Source: Lophium mytilinum (taxonomy: Eukaryota). Taken from it: a stretch of 64,000 nucleotides of DNA. Made by a program: the position numbers and the translations under genes. Below the pieces are notes generated by a model. The model was given only the letters and a program-made list of their open reading frames with translations, was not told the origin of the DNA and did not search any database. The DNA lies in assembly GCA_010093605.1 (NCBI GenBank), contig MU004203.1, positions 450,391 through 514,390 on the forward strand, in the 5' to 3' direction. This document shows positions 37,620-50,410 of this stretch, one piece after another; the stretch's first letter is position 1; each line of letters begins with the position of its first letter.

Positions 37620-38528
37620 CTAGCTAGCTAAGTCCGGAGGTCTGTCCGGATGCAAAAGCTCCCGCGTAGAGGTGCCAGGGCGAGTCTCGCTTGTGTTTGG
37701 TCGAGTGCTCTCATCTACACTTACGGATTGAATAGTTTCTTGATAGTCAGGCGGTTTAAGAGTGGAACGCCCGCCTCTCGATAGCGTTCTCAATGGAATT
37801 GCTAGCCCTGTGACGGTGTCGCGGGTTTCGTCTAACGATAACGTGGCATGCTCTCCAGCAGCTCCGTCAGCATCGGTTGTGGCGTCGACACGAGGCTTAT
37901 ACGGCGGTGGCGGTTCTCCAGCCTCATTCAGCCCTTCCTCCTGTCTTGCAGGACCTCCTCCTGCTCCTCCTCTCCAGCTGCCATGCACCCACCGCCTTGT
38001 ATTGACCCAGCCATCAAGGTCCCGCGCAAGCGCATTTTGTCCACGACTCCGGAGCTGTGCTTTCCTCCTTCGCCTTCGTTTGTGGAGTACGTAGATTGCC
38101 AGCAATGCAAATACTGCTATTAAAGCTAGAAAGACGAAGTAATAATTGATGACATGTGAATCTCGATCTATATCGTGGTCATCGGATGTTGCGGATGAGG
38201 TAGATGCGGGATACAATGGGGGAGCATTGTCCGCAGTGACCCTGGATGCGACCGAGGTAAATCGACTTGATTGCGAGAGAGGCTTTGAAGCGGTATTTGC
38301 GGGCGGTGATCCAGCTGAGGTCGAAAATGTAGTAGGTAATATCGGAGATGAGAGAGCGGTCGAAGCTACAGAAGCCGGAGCTCCCGGAGTGGTCGGGAGG
38401 GCGCTGTTGGAGGTGAATTGAGCAACAGTGGACGCCGGGAGAATCAGGGAGAGGAAGAGAAGAGAACTAGAAAGTAGATGAAGCCGTGTATTGCATCTAC
38501 ATAGCTGCCGGCGGTTGTCGGCTTTCAT
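37620..38528 (-). CDS. Single-pass type I membrane protein with Ser/Thr-rich ectodomain and cytosolic PY motifs
   Basis: Hydrophobic N-terminal segment; TM YYFVFLALIAVFALLAIYVL then KRRRRRK; PPPPY and KPPDY. Start codon uncertain. Confidence 0.78.
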   Translation of the reverse strand: MKADNRRQLCRCNTRLHLLSSSLLFLSLILPASTVAQFTSNSALPTTPGAPASVASTALSSPILPTTFSTSAGSPPANTASKPLSQSSRFTSVASRVTADNAPPLYPASTSSATSDDHDIDRDSHVINYYFVFLALIAVFALLAIYVLHKRRRRRKAQLRSRGQNALARDLDGWVNTRRWVHGSWRGGAGGGPARQEEGLNEAGEPPPPYKPRVDATTDADGAAGEHATLSLDETRDTVTGLAIPLRTLSRGGRSTLKPPDYQETIQSVSVDESTRPNTSETRPGTSTRELLHPDRPPDLAS

Positions 38529-38897
38529 CTTTGTAGGTAATCGAGGAAATTAGCTTGACCAAGTGGGATGCCGCGTTAGGAGTGGCAGAAAATAAATCAA
38601 AGGCTTCTTTTAGAGGGAGACGGAAACAGCATTGTGACATAGGAAGGCAGTAGGAATAGCATGGCAGGAAGGAAGAACATCGCCGGCCGTCTACGTGAAA
38701 GGAGAGAGACACCGAGCATTGATTACTGTACAGGTGGAGAGTCAAGAGCAGGGATTCACAAAGGTAACGTGAGAACGACGCTCGGGCCGGGTGGGACATC
38801 GGGACATCAGAGCTCAAGCTCGCGATTTATATCTACCTCCCTCAACCTACTTCCCACCACCCGTCACCGTCAAATCGCTAAGTACCCACCACTCAAT

Positions 38898-39254
38898 ATG
38901 GTGAGAGCACAGAAAGGTCAGCTTCCCTACTCAGAGCACACAACACGATCAAAGAAAGCCGTGAGCTTTGAAGCATTGCCAATAGTTTCATTAACACCAA
39001 TCTCAGGCGTCCTCATTAAATGCGATGCGTCCATCAAAGCCATCATAGTCAGGATTGACGCCGACCGGAACGACATCATCGTTGAGGATCTCGACGATGA
39101 GCATCTGTTGATCAAGGAAGCAAAGCTCCCCGAGCTGAAGCAGCGGCTGAGCGAGGTGAGTTACAGCAGACCTAGCACCTAGTACATACGTTAACACTAT
39201 GCGAAGACTCTGAAGGCAACGTTGCGAGAGCAGGAGAGCTCAAACTCCGAATAA
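38898..39254 (+). CDS. TFB5: TFIIH subunit Tfb5, 3 exons
   Basis: MVRAQK|GVLIKCDASIKAIIVRIDADRNDIIVEDLDDEHLLIKE...|TLKATLREQESSNSE*. Confidence 0.92.
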
Positions 39255-39385
39255 TGAGCTTGTCGAAGCTCTTAACGTTGCACATATTCGAATCAGCTCG
39301 ATTATGCTACACTACAGACAAGCCTCTCGTCCCGAACCCTCGACACACCCCCGCACTGCTCTCAAAACACATTACACAGAGTCAA

Positions 39386-39902
39386 TCAGGTCATAGTCTT
39401 GTTCTGGCCTGCGCCAGGAACCGCGTTAACCCAGTCGACACGCTCTGGGGCGAAGAATTCAACCACCGGCTTGGCATCCTTCAGAGCATCGAAATCGTCC
39501 AAAGTGCCAACCTTGACAATGACCTGATCGGGGAAGCTGCCGCCGGTTCTGCTCAATGTCGAGCCACAGTCTCCGCAAAAGTGGCTGATGATCTCCTTCC
39601 CGGAATCGGCCGTCTTCGAGATGGTCTTGGGAGTTCCGGATAACCACTTGAAACTTTCTTCTTTGATCACGAGGTTGGTGCTGTAGGTGCTACCTAACGG
39701 ATATGAGGACTACATATTCCGCACTATGGACGATTGCACATACCTGTGATCTTCCGACAATCGGTGCAGTGGCAAAGAGCCCAGAGACAAAGTCAGCCAG
39801 GAACGTTGCAAATCCGAAGATACAACTTACTGTAGCAAGTCCCTCGCCATTGACGGAGTAACGGATTTTACCGCAGAAGCATCCTCCTTCGCCTGAAACC
39901 AT
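39386..39902 (-). CDS. GFA/CENP-V (Mss4-like) zinc protein, 3 exons
   Basis: GGCFCGKIRY, LCHCTDCRKITG and HFCGDCGS motifs across GT-AG introns. Confidence 0.9.
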
Positions 39903-40674
39903 GATTGCGGAGGTTTGGTGAGGTGGATTTATTATGAAATGCTTATGTTGGTGAAAGAGTCGAAAGTGCTGCAGAGTATATGGAGTCTTAATTCTACTTG
40001 TATATCGATGGCATCATGGATATTTCCTTGCCTTTTATACCCCGCTGTGTAGAGCTGCGCATCAAAGGAACCTCGGAGATACCTCCTGCTGCTAGAACAC
40101 TACCCGTCGAGGATCATTTCTTCCCCGGGAATACAAAATTTAGCGCTTCCAAATACTTTTTGACCCAATCAATATGTCCAGACTTGAAGCTGAGGTGGTC
40201 CCGCTCAATGAATGCTAACTGTGGGCTTCTGCCTCATCACTGCTGATTAGCAAAATAGCTTATCTAGAATCAGTCAAAACTCGGCTCAGTATAGCTTTTG
40301 TGGACAAGGCTGAGGCTCTCTTGTATCTCTAACTCCTATCAGACTTTAAGGCGCGCAATAAGGATGCAGGACCCTGATCAGTGCAGAGGGACCACAAAAC
40401 GGTGAATGAAGACCTGCGATGACGTCGATCAGGTACTGCGCTGTGATTGGTTGGCCGGACTAAAGTGGATACGGCCAAATCCTCTCGCAACCCTACACCA
40501 CTTCAAACAAACACCCGCATTCACCGGAAACCTCACTTCCACCACACCCCGATGGCCTAGACCTCGGCGTATGAGCCTGCAGGCAGTTGGGCTCCTTCAC
40601 TGCTCGCAACACTAACCTGCACACCGCACTCGGAACAACCATCCCACCGCTCCATACAGACTTTCGCCATTGAG

Positions 40675-41272
40675 ATGGCTCCAAACACCGACACGAACAT
40701 CTGGGCGCAGATGAGCTATGCTCCCCCGCGTGGACAGTGCAACTACAAGCCATCGCTTATGTCCGCAAAGTGCCCCTGCTTACGGTTCATGTTGCATCCT
40801 CTCAAGGTATGTGTGTGTGGCTCCAACTAAGCACCCATCCGCCTAGCCCGCAATCACTACTGCACAAACGCGATATGGACGCAATTCATAGGCCTCAATG
40901 CTGATAGTTCTGCAGAGCTCTTCAACCTTTGAATGCGATGGCTGCTCTCACCACGCTTCATTCCACAACCTGGAGAACAAGGCCGAAGACGAGGTCCGCA
41001 AACGATGGGAGGTGGAACAGAAGGCGAAGGAGGCTGAGGCTCAACTCAACAATGCGTCGAAGTCTCGGAAGCGACCCCGATTGACAGACGTACCGGGATC
41101 TTCCCTCAACTTCGACTTCAGCTGGGGCAACCGGCTGCTGATCGACCAGCGTGTAAATCGAGAGGTGCACGATGACCTTGAAGGGAGCGAAGACGCCGTT
41201 CCGATTACTACCCGAATGATTACTGTCCGACCGAAAGCATCAACAAAATCGCGACCGGCCAGAAAGGGATGA
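40675..41272 (+). CDS. Hypothetical protein with an N-terminal Cys/His-rich putative zinc-binding motif, 2 exons
   Basis: MAPNTDTNIWAQMSYAPPRGQCNYKPSLMSAKCPCLRFMLHPLK|SSSTFECDGCSHHASFH; intron 40807-40915; basic RKRPR motif. Confidence 0.75.
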
Positions 41273-41911
41273 GTCCGGTCCATTCTTTTCGGCGAAATCC
41301 TCCCACCCATTCCAGAGGCTCATGAAAGCCTAAGAACTTTGTTCGGACTGACTAGTTCGCGGCCGCGGATTATGGTTTTAAGATCCGCAAAGGACTTGAC
41401 CCATTACTGCCCGGAGCAAACTCTTCTATGTGACGATTGTCTATCCTAAAGGCTTACTGTCAACTACCGTTGCTAGGATGTTACGCTCATTTTAGCCGCA
41501 GTTGCGACAATATCTACAGTTCTCCCCAGGAGAGTCTTTCACTATCCGCATCCACAGAAAAAGAATGTCGTCCAGCACGGCTGGAAGGTCATGGCCAAGT
41601 ATATGCAGTGCGTTCGGACTGGGCAGCTCAAATAGTTCTTGTAAAGCTATCTTGGGAAATGCTCTCACTAAGCCAATAACTAGATCTGCAAGATATAATC
41701 TTCTAAAACTAATATACTTAGTGCTCATGCGATCGTATAACTATCTAGCTGGAAACACGAATCAAAACCCAATGAAAGCAACTTTTGACGAGTAATGATA
41801 TTGACATGTTTTTTGGAGCTCGACATGTGATGCATGCCAAGCACGGAACGATTCCGTCCTGGAAGCGACCAACTTTTCTTGAGTAACTTTCGCGCGACAT
41901 GATCGCAAAGA

Positions 41912-43230
41912 ATGTCTGCAACCCCCTGGATATGCCGACCATGTCTTCTCCGCGCCCTGAGGCCATTGAGAAGACGGCAAAGCCGCTATCAAACCTCCTG
42001 TACGTACACTCACCTTCCCCGTTCCCTCTTTCTAATCTAAACTAACCCTCAATTGCAGTCGCCTCAACCGAGACACTCTCCACCGCCCTCCTCTCCCGCG
42101 CCCGCACCGTAGCCGCCGAACATGACCAACTCACCCGCAACCTCGCCGACGGCTTCGACTCCAAGACGGCCAAAAAACTCGGTGAAACCGGCCCCGTAAC
42201 CACGGCATTGGCGGAATGGGACAAAGCAACCTCTTCCCTCTCCGAGCTGGAATCCCTCATCCATGACCCGACCACCGACCCTGAGCTGCGCGAGCTGGCA
42301 TCCGACGACATGATATCGACGGCGGACGAGCTCGCCGTCGCCGCACGCTCACTGAAAACGAGCTTGGTGCCGAAACACCCCTTCGCGCATCTCTCCTGTT
42401 TACTAGAGATCAGACCTGGTGCAGGCGGGTCCGAGGCCGCCATCTTCGCGGGCGATCTGCTGAAAATGTACCAAGCCTTGTGCTCGCGCGTGGGCTACCG
42501 CACGTCAGTGCTGAAGCTCGAGTCGGCGGACAGTATCCTAGGCAGCGAGTCGACGCTCGCGGAGGCGGTGCTGGAGATCGAGGACCCGGGCGCGTACGGG
42601 CTGTTCCGGTCTGAGGCCGGGGTACATCGCGTGCAGCGCGTGCCGGCGACGGAGTCGAAGGGGCGAGTGCACACCAGCGCGGTCAGCGTGCTGGTGCTGC
42701 CGTCGTTCCCGAGCTCGGGCGCGGCCGAGGAGATGGATCTGGAGAACCCCGAGAGCGATTATTATGTTGACCCCAAGGAGGTTAGGACGGAGATTATGCG
42801 GGCGAGGGGTGCTGGAGGGCAGCATGTTAATACGACGGATTCGGCGGTGAGGTTGACGCATTTGCCGACTATGACGAGTGTGAGTATGCAGGATTACCGG
42901 AGCCAGCCGAAGAATCGGGAGAAGGCCTGGCAGCTGCTAAGGAGTAGGCTGGCCCAGGCGAGGAGGGAGAAGCGGGAGGAGGAGATGGTGCAAATGCGTC
43001 GGAATGTGGTGGGGGTCGCGAAGATGGGGAGGGGGGATAAGGTGCGGACGTACAATTGGGGGCAGCAGAGGGTTACGGATCATAGGAGTGGGTTGACGGT
43101 GCACGGCTTGGATGATGTGATGGACGGCGGGATGATGCTGGAGAAGGTGATGGAGAGTGTGCGGATGTGGCTTACCGAGAGGGATGTTGAAGCCATTGTT
43201 GCCGAAGAAGAGTCTAAGAACGGGAATTGA
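41912..43230 (+). CDS. MRF1: Mitochondrial peptide chain release factor 1, 2 exons
   Basis: Arg-rich presequence MSATPWICRPCLLRALRPLRRR; LEIRPGAGGSEA; GVHRVQRVPATE (PxT motif); GAGGQHVN; intron 42000-42057. Confidence 0.93.
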
Positions 43231-44114
43231 AGTGTTCGTACACGTAAGTCAAGAAGGAGTCCCTAGGTTGGCTTCCTAGGTATAGTATGTAAAATATGTA
43301 TCAACACTTGTCTCAAAATTCATCGTATCTACTGGTACGTTGGCGTAAGCCCAATATTCCGAAAGATAGCTCGAAGCTGGCATAGAGAAACACTGGACGC
43401 TAATCAAGCCCATGGAGTGGTGGCAGCATAGAAGGCAGGAGGGCAAAAAGACGACTATTACGAACGCTATGTTCGCTGTACCACCGCTATCCCCAATAAA
43501 AGCAAATCGGGGAGCGGCATTCTCTTTTTTCATCCTTATTTTTTGGGGATCTCGGGATATGGGCATAGGAGACGTGGGAACCTAGATATCGCGGATGCGA
43601 TTTTTGATCCCGCTTCTTCTTCAATCGCAACCTCTTTCATCACTTCACCAAATCGCCGGTTCTCAGTTACCTATTTTCTTTCACCTCTCTAGTAGAATTG
43701 CAGCCCCACCAAGCGGATCACATCGACTCAATCGATTAGGTTTGGCAGCTGGCGTTGCGATGTTGATCCAGATTGTTGAAAGAAATACAATCGGACGCTC
43801 CAAGGTCATGTGACTACTATCACATGCAAGTCCAACTTGCAGAGGGGACTCGGCCACGTTGAATTAGATCACGGATTACGTTGTCTAGAAGTGCAAAATA
43901 CTTAATCGTCAAGATGGAGGTCTTACCTAAAAGGTTCAGGCAATATGGGTATCACCACTGGAATCATGAGTAGTTTCCATGGTTCCACTCACGCAGTTTT
44001 CTGGTTCATTTTTCGAACCCACTGGCCACGTCGTCCATTCTTTTCCCTTCATGCCTTCTTTCTTCCAACCATCCAGCCGCGAAGCACGGCAAGAGAGTAC
44101 AACTACCGCTCGAA

Positions 44115-44936
44115 ATGCTACAAATCCCAAGGACCCCCAAAGACGTACGTCTTCATCTATCCAAGTAAGCATACCCTCTGCGGAATGAACTGCTCTATCA
44201 CTTACACTAATCCTGATAGCTACCTCTCTAGTGGAGCATACAGCGATCTTGAGATCCGCTGCAACGAGACTAGATACGCTGTCCATCGAATCGTTCTCTG
44301 CAGCCAGGTGAAATTCTTTGAAAATGCATGCAACGGCGAGTTCGAGGTATGTCGAAAGCTCCGTACCAAACAGGTTCCAAAGCGAACACTCTGCTAATGC
44401 CCGATACGTAGGAGGCAAAGGACCGCATAGTCGACCTCAGCCACGAAGATCCTACTGCTGTTCAATCCATGATTCAATTCGCGTACACAGGCGACTACTC
44501 CCTCGACGACGGCACTGAAAACGAAATGCTGCAACACGTAGCAGTCTATGCCTTCAGCTCTGAATACGATTTCTCTAGTCTTGGTGATCTAGCTAAAGAG
44601 AAATCGAAGGTCATCTTGGAGGTACACTGGTCCGCACCTTGGATCCCGGAAATTGTTCTCGAGATTTACGATTCCACTCACTCTTCCGAACGTGGCCTGC
44701 GCGACCTCTTTGTCGATTTTGTTGTTCAGCACCATGAGGCAATCACCGGAATGGATCGCGACGCCCCATTTCAGAGGGCATTGGAGGATGTAGGAGATTT
44801 CAGCCGCGACTGCTTTAGTAGTATGAGTGCGAAGCATCTGGCTGCTATGACGGAGGTCTCATCCGAAAGACCTGGGTGGTATTTTTGCCGTCGCTGTTTG
44901 AATGTGATACGGGGGCACTGCATGTGCGCAGTGTAA
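44115..44936 (+). CDS. BTB/POZ-domain protein, 3 exons
   Basis: YSDLEIRC...YAVHRIVLCSQVKFFENACNGEFE|EAKDRIVDLSHEDPTAVQSMIQFAYTGDY. Start inferred from intron phase. Confidence 0.82.
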
Positions 44937-45778
44937 TGTCGATAGTTCTGCGCTTCATACTTCTACTATTTGTGTCAACAATAAAGAAGGTAACATTCAT
45001 ATAACTTCTCATCCGACTGGGTCACGGTGTGGGCTAAAGTTACCCACATGATCTACGCTGAACCCACACGATCGCCCACTACCTAGTGTGACCCCTTCCC
45101 CACATTCACTGCCATGACTAGCTTGAAACAACTCGCCTACGCTGTCCCGTCTCACTTCACGACCACCTCACCAATTCCCGACTATCCACCTGTAAATCGA
45201 TGTCCTGGAACAAGGTCCCTGGAACTAGCCTTATCATACGAGTTCCAATACCTGGTTTAAGGGCCAGATGTCGGCGGCCGTGCGGGAAGGCAACACAGGA
45301 AATAGTTTGGAAAGTCACAGCAACATTCTCTTTAGCGGGTCGAATCGGATGGTTGTCCTGGGTCGCGTAGATGTTCAGTATAGCTGCATACAGAATCTTC
45401 GACGCTGCCAGTTCTTCTTCTCATGCATGTTCCCCGCACCCGCAGCCCTTCCCCGCAAAGCCACAGCCACCCCTGGCGGCCAAGGTGGGCAAGAGGTGGG
45501 CGGCCGGCTGTCAGGATAGCGAGCCTAGGTTTTTGGTTAGGCTAAGCTTTTTGGGGCAGAGGAGGTTAACAGCGAGTGGGGATAGGTTTGGGATATAGGG
45601 ATCGCTGTATTCGAAACTTCTTGCATCTATTGATCAATATCTTTTGTAATTCTTTGTGATCAATTTTCTTTCAGGGATATCTTGAAACCCTTGTGAGAAA
45701 CCCAACTCTCTTCTACTCCAAATCACACTAGCATCCGAATTTTACCTTTGTATATCCCCGTGATTGATCAACACCACC

Positions 45779-47852
45779 ATGAATCCTAAACCCACGGACG
45801 AAGAAAAGCCTTCCCACATTGAAGACACTACCTCACTCCAAGAGTCCAAAGAAAACACTCTTCGCAAAGAACTAACCCTCAGCGGCATCGATACCGAGAA
45901 CCGCGGTGCTTATAAGGGAGACAACTCAGATGGCAAGATAACATGGAGCATCAAACGGCTGCTTGCTGGGGCTTTTCTCGCGGCTCTATACACAGGTATG
46001 CATGCATACTCTAAGCATGCCTGTCTGTCCTCTCTACTATAGCAAGGCTAAATGGCACTTTAACCTCCTATTCCAAGATGGCAGAAGCTGACGCTCAGAT
46101 GCAGGCTCCCAAGTAATCCTCTACTTCATCGGCGGCAGCGTCTCCTTCATATCGCGCGACCTGGACATCACGCACGGAAGTGCCTGGCTCCCCACTGCCA
46201 ACATCCTCACCATCAGCGCCGCAGCACCGTACGCCGGCTACTTGCAGGACCTATTCGGGAAACGGTATATTGCGCTCTTCGGCGCCGCGTGCATCTGCAT
46301 TGGGTGTTTGCTGATGGGAACGGCGCATACGTTTGGCCAAGGGCTGACGGCGATGGCGTTGGCCGGGGTGGGGGCCGCGATTGGGGAGTTGACTGGATTG
46401 GCTGAGTGAGATTCCTCTTTCTTCCTTGCTGAACTGAGATGTGATACGTATTGGAAAAATTGCTAATGCGCATCCTGCGTAGGCTTGCGGAAGTTGTACC
46501 ACTTCGGTATCGAGGGTATTCGCTAGCCGTCGTAACTGCGTCTGTGTTACCTTTCACGCCGTACTTGGTGTATGTTGAGCTGTAGTCGACGCCATCAAAA
46601 GGGGGCTGGCGATGGGGGCCTTGGGTGGCGCTGTGAGTAGCGGTCTTCACCTTGATACCAGGAATATGGGCGATTTGACTTACGCCTACTCCCAGGATCT
46701 ACAATGGATTAACAGCCCTCGGCCTCCTCTTCATCTACTTCCCCCACAACCATACCCGCGCCGAAGGCTTCTCGCGCCGTGCCATCCTCCCCAAGATTGA
46801 CTACCTTGGCGGCTTCCTCTCTATTGTCGGGCTAACATTATTGTAAGCAAGAACTCATAAAGCAAGAAACTGACCATCTCTGACAACTCCTATCCAGCCT
46901 CGTTGCCCTCCAAGCAGGCGGCTACACCCACCCCTGGAGTAGTGCCTACGTTCTCTGCACCCTGCTCCTCGGCCTCGCTCTCATCGGTGCATGGATCGCC
47001 TGGGAGGCCCGCTTCGCAAAATACCCCATGGTCCCTTCCGAGCTCTTCCGCGGCCAGCGCATCGTCGGCCTCGCGTACGCCATCGCCTTCGCCGCGGGGA
47101 TGAACGTCTTCTCCATCCTCAACTTCTTCCCCATTACTTTCTCCGCCGTCTACGACGCAGAACCGGTCCAAATAGGACTGAAAGCACTGGGACCCGCTAT
47201 CAACACCACGCTCGGCGCGATCTTCTTCAATGCGATGCTGAGTACCCTCCCGAACCGCAGCAGAGAGGTTTTGTTAAGCGCTTTAATGATGATGACGGTG
47301 TTTGGGGGAAGTTTGGCTGTGTGCACGCCTGAGAACCCGAAGCTGACGGTTGCGCTGGGAACGTTGGCGGCGTTCGGTGTGGGTGGCATTTTGGTGCCCG
47401 CTGCAACTGTCGCCATGATTGTGACGCCTGATGTGCTCATCACGACTGCTGCTGCGCTGTCTCTCGCGATCCGAAGCGTAGGTGGGAGTATTGGATACAG
47501 CATCTACTACAGCATCTTCGCCACCCGCCTGGAGAAACGTCTCCCGCTGTACATCGCGCAGGGGGCCATAGCCGCGGGCCTGCCACTCTCCGAAGCAGAG
47601 ACATTCGTGGGCACGTTCGTGCTTGCACCGGAGAAGCTGATGCTGATCCAGGGCGTGACGGTTGAGATCGCCAAGGCGGCTACGAAGGGGAGCCAGTGGG
47701 CTTATGCGGAGAGCCTGCAGTATGTGTGGTTCACGAGTATTGCGTTTGGGAGTTGTGCGATCATTTGCTGTTTGTTTTTACCGAGCACAAGGAAATATTA
47801 GACGAATCGAGTGGCAGTAGAGCTTTACGGGGTGAGGGGACTATGGAGGTAG
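45779..47852 (+). pseudogene. TRI12-like MFS transporter, probably inactivated, 5 exons
   Basis: Spliced frame gives GYLQDLFGKRY, ELTGLA, WRWGPW, IDYLGGFL and GGYTHPWSS. In-frame TAG at 46583-46585 and a probable second TAG at 47799-47801. Confidence 0.8.
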
Positions 47853-48213
47853 GAGAGTGAAAGACGGATAGGTGAAATGAAGGGCTTATCTAAGTACTGA
47901 ATACGTACCATAATCTTTTCAGGGTGTTAAGAGACCTCATTCATTAACAAATAAGGAGAAGCAAAGATGGAAGAGGAGTTGGAATTGGAGCTACCTGCAT
48001 ACTTGTGGGCGCTGAATTCGGACCTCAATATTCCATGACTAGTTGAGGGCCCTCGTGCATCAACAGATGAGTGGAAAGAAGGGTCGGGCTTGACACTACC
48101 GACATGAATGAGAGAAAGAGATACAAGTGAAACAAGTGCCAATGTAACACATGCTCGAATACCAACCCTGCTCACGAGAATGCCAGCATAACCCTTACGA
48201 TGACCTGAAAAGG

Positions 48214-49459
48214 TCAGTCATCCCACGCATTTTCATCCTCATCCCTAATATCTTTGGCCTCCGGAACCCAGTCGAGGATCTCCAGACGATGGTGCGGTTC
48301 TGCAGTGCCGAACGGAACAGGGGCAGAACTGGGGGTGAAAGGCCCTGGGATCGTACTCAAGCTCCGACTTCCCTCGATTTGGACGCGTTTGGCGGAGATA
48401 TCGTAAGTCTCATCGTGTTCTGCAGACCGCTTCGTTCCCGCTAGTGCCGTCAGGGGTGCTCCGAAGGGGTAGGTCGTAAGTCCAAGCTGCGGGACAAAAG
48501 GGCTCGGAGAGCTCTCCACCAACTCGCCTTCCTCAGAAGGCGGCTGTCTGAGGTTCTTCAATGTGGCAAGCGGTGGTACACAGGCATTGGTTGTAGCTGT
48601 GCGAACTGCGCCCGATGCCCGGGCGCCGGGCCCAAGAGGTTCCAGATTGGCATTCTTGACCCCAGATTTTGGAGCCGTGGATGCCATGTATGGACCCCCC
48701 AGAACCCGCGGCCCAGTGGGAACTGCCCGCGAATCGTGTGCACCTCGATCAGTCTCCCTAGCAGCAGTAGCGTGGTCGTCAAAGAGTGGCTGCGACAGGC
48801 CTGGAATCGAGCGCGACTGTCGAGCCCGCTCAGTTCCAGCACCAAAATCGGCCCCTCCCTGAGACCTGTTTGGGAACGCAGGAACGAAGCTGAGGCCACC
48901 CCTATCCGCTCCAGGCTCAAACTTGACGCGGAGGTAGGGTGAAAACCGCGTTGGCTCTGGACCAGTTGTACCGTCATTACGGAGCGTCCTGTAGCCCTCC
49001 CAGGCCCTGAACGTGTTCTGCGTTGGCTCTGGACCAGTTGTAGCGCCACTGCGAAGCGTCATGTGGCTAGTCAAGGCCCTGAACACGTTAGCAAGGCTCT
49101 ACCCCGACAGACCTCAATTCATATGCGTACTCTTGCCGATCCTCTCGCTGGTCTCGATACGACAGCAATGCAGACCGATGCTCTCCCACAGGTACACTGT
49201 TGGAATGCCGAGCCAAGATGCGCTCAGCATCATCCAGATCGCGCTCAAGGCGAGCTGTCTTGGAGAGGGTGTTGTGGATCTCGCTGCGCCGCTGAGTCAA
49301 CGATTTGAGTTGCTGAGTCAACGATTTGATTTGCCATTCCGTGCTGCCTAGCTCCTGATGCAGCGACGGAAGATTCTGTTTGTGGGCACTCAGCTCGCCT
49401 TTGAGACCATCGGCGCGAATCTTGGCGCTGGCGGCTTTTTGTGCTTTCGACTTGCCCAT
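48214..49459 (-). CDS. Orphan protein with N-terminal coiled coil and disordered C-terminus, 2 exons
   Basis: The 123-aa and 290-aa ORFs join in frame through intron 49079-49130 (GTACGC...GCTAAC...CAG). Confidence 0.65.
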
Positions 49460-50410
49460 GGTTGCGTTGGAAATGAAGAGAGACGGAGGAGAGAAGTAGG
49501 AGGAGGCGTCGTGTAAACAAGAGGAGTGAAGTCTGGAGATACGTTACGCCGAGCCGATGAGCGGTCAGGCGCGCCTGTGTCCACCCTTCCTGCCGCCGTC
49601 TGAGGTGGCTTCGCGAGGTTTCATGCCTATCAAAACGATCGTCTTGCACCTCATTCAGGTCTGCCCCACAAACAGCGGCAAGAAGGTGTACGCATATCTC
49701 CATCTTCATGTGTATCCTGATAAAGGATGGAGATGGATTTGTCTCTTTCCGAAATCTGAACGAGACTCAACGTCATCATTTCGACAAGCCTCGCGGCGCG
49801 TGAGGCCACCTCATTCGGTGTCAAGACGGTGTACACAAGTCACATCTACCACGTCGAGACTTGACTAATGCGTCTTTTCTAAAACCTTCTTTTGAGGTTC
49901 CAGTGCTGGGCCACGACTTCCTCAGTTTGAGAAGCTGATCTGATGATAGCGGCCGGGAGCGGCACCTTACCGGCATGAAACACTTTTTTGCCACTATTCG
50001 GGATGCCCTGGCAACTCTTTAGAAATTGCAGGAAAGCCTGCTAGTGTTTCTTTTGAACGTTAGACCTTGCCGTCTGTGGTGGACTAAGGAAGTTACCCAG
50101 CGTTCAAAATGATCACCGTAAATACCCGCCCAGCTTTTGCGAATACATCGAAGGATCCCAGACGATGGCAGAGAGTTGTGTTTACGTCAAGGACAGAGAC
50201 AGCACATGAAGAGCGTAATAAGGATTGGAAATGATTTTTCTTTTCCTAATGATTCACATCCCACAGTAATATTTGATACAGACAAAAGAAACAGGTGACC
50301 AGTATCAGGTCAGCCATCCTCACGAAGAGGCGGAGATAGAGGAGACGCTACCTACAACTAACTCCAATGATGCTCGACATAACCAAATGTCACGTCTGCC
50401 CAGCACACGT

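Noticed and set aside
46583..47801. TAG stop-codon reassignment to explain the MFS gene
   Set aside because: TAG ends several intact genes here (GGT, EMI1, FAD oxidase), and no other long gene has an internal TAG.
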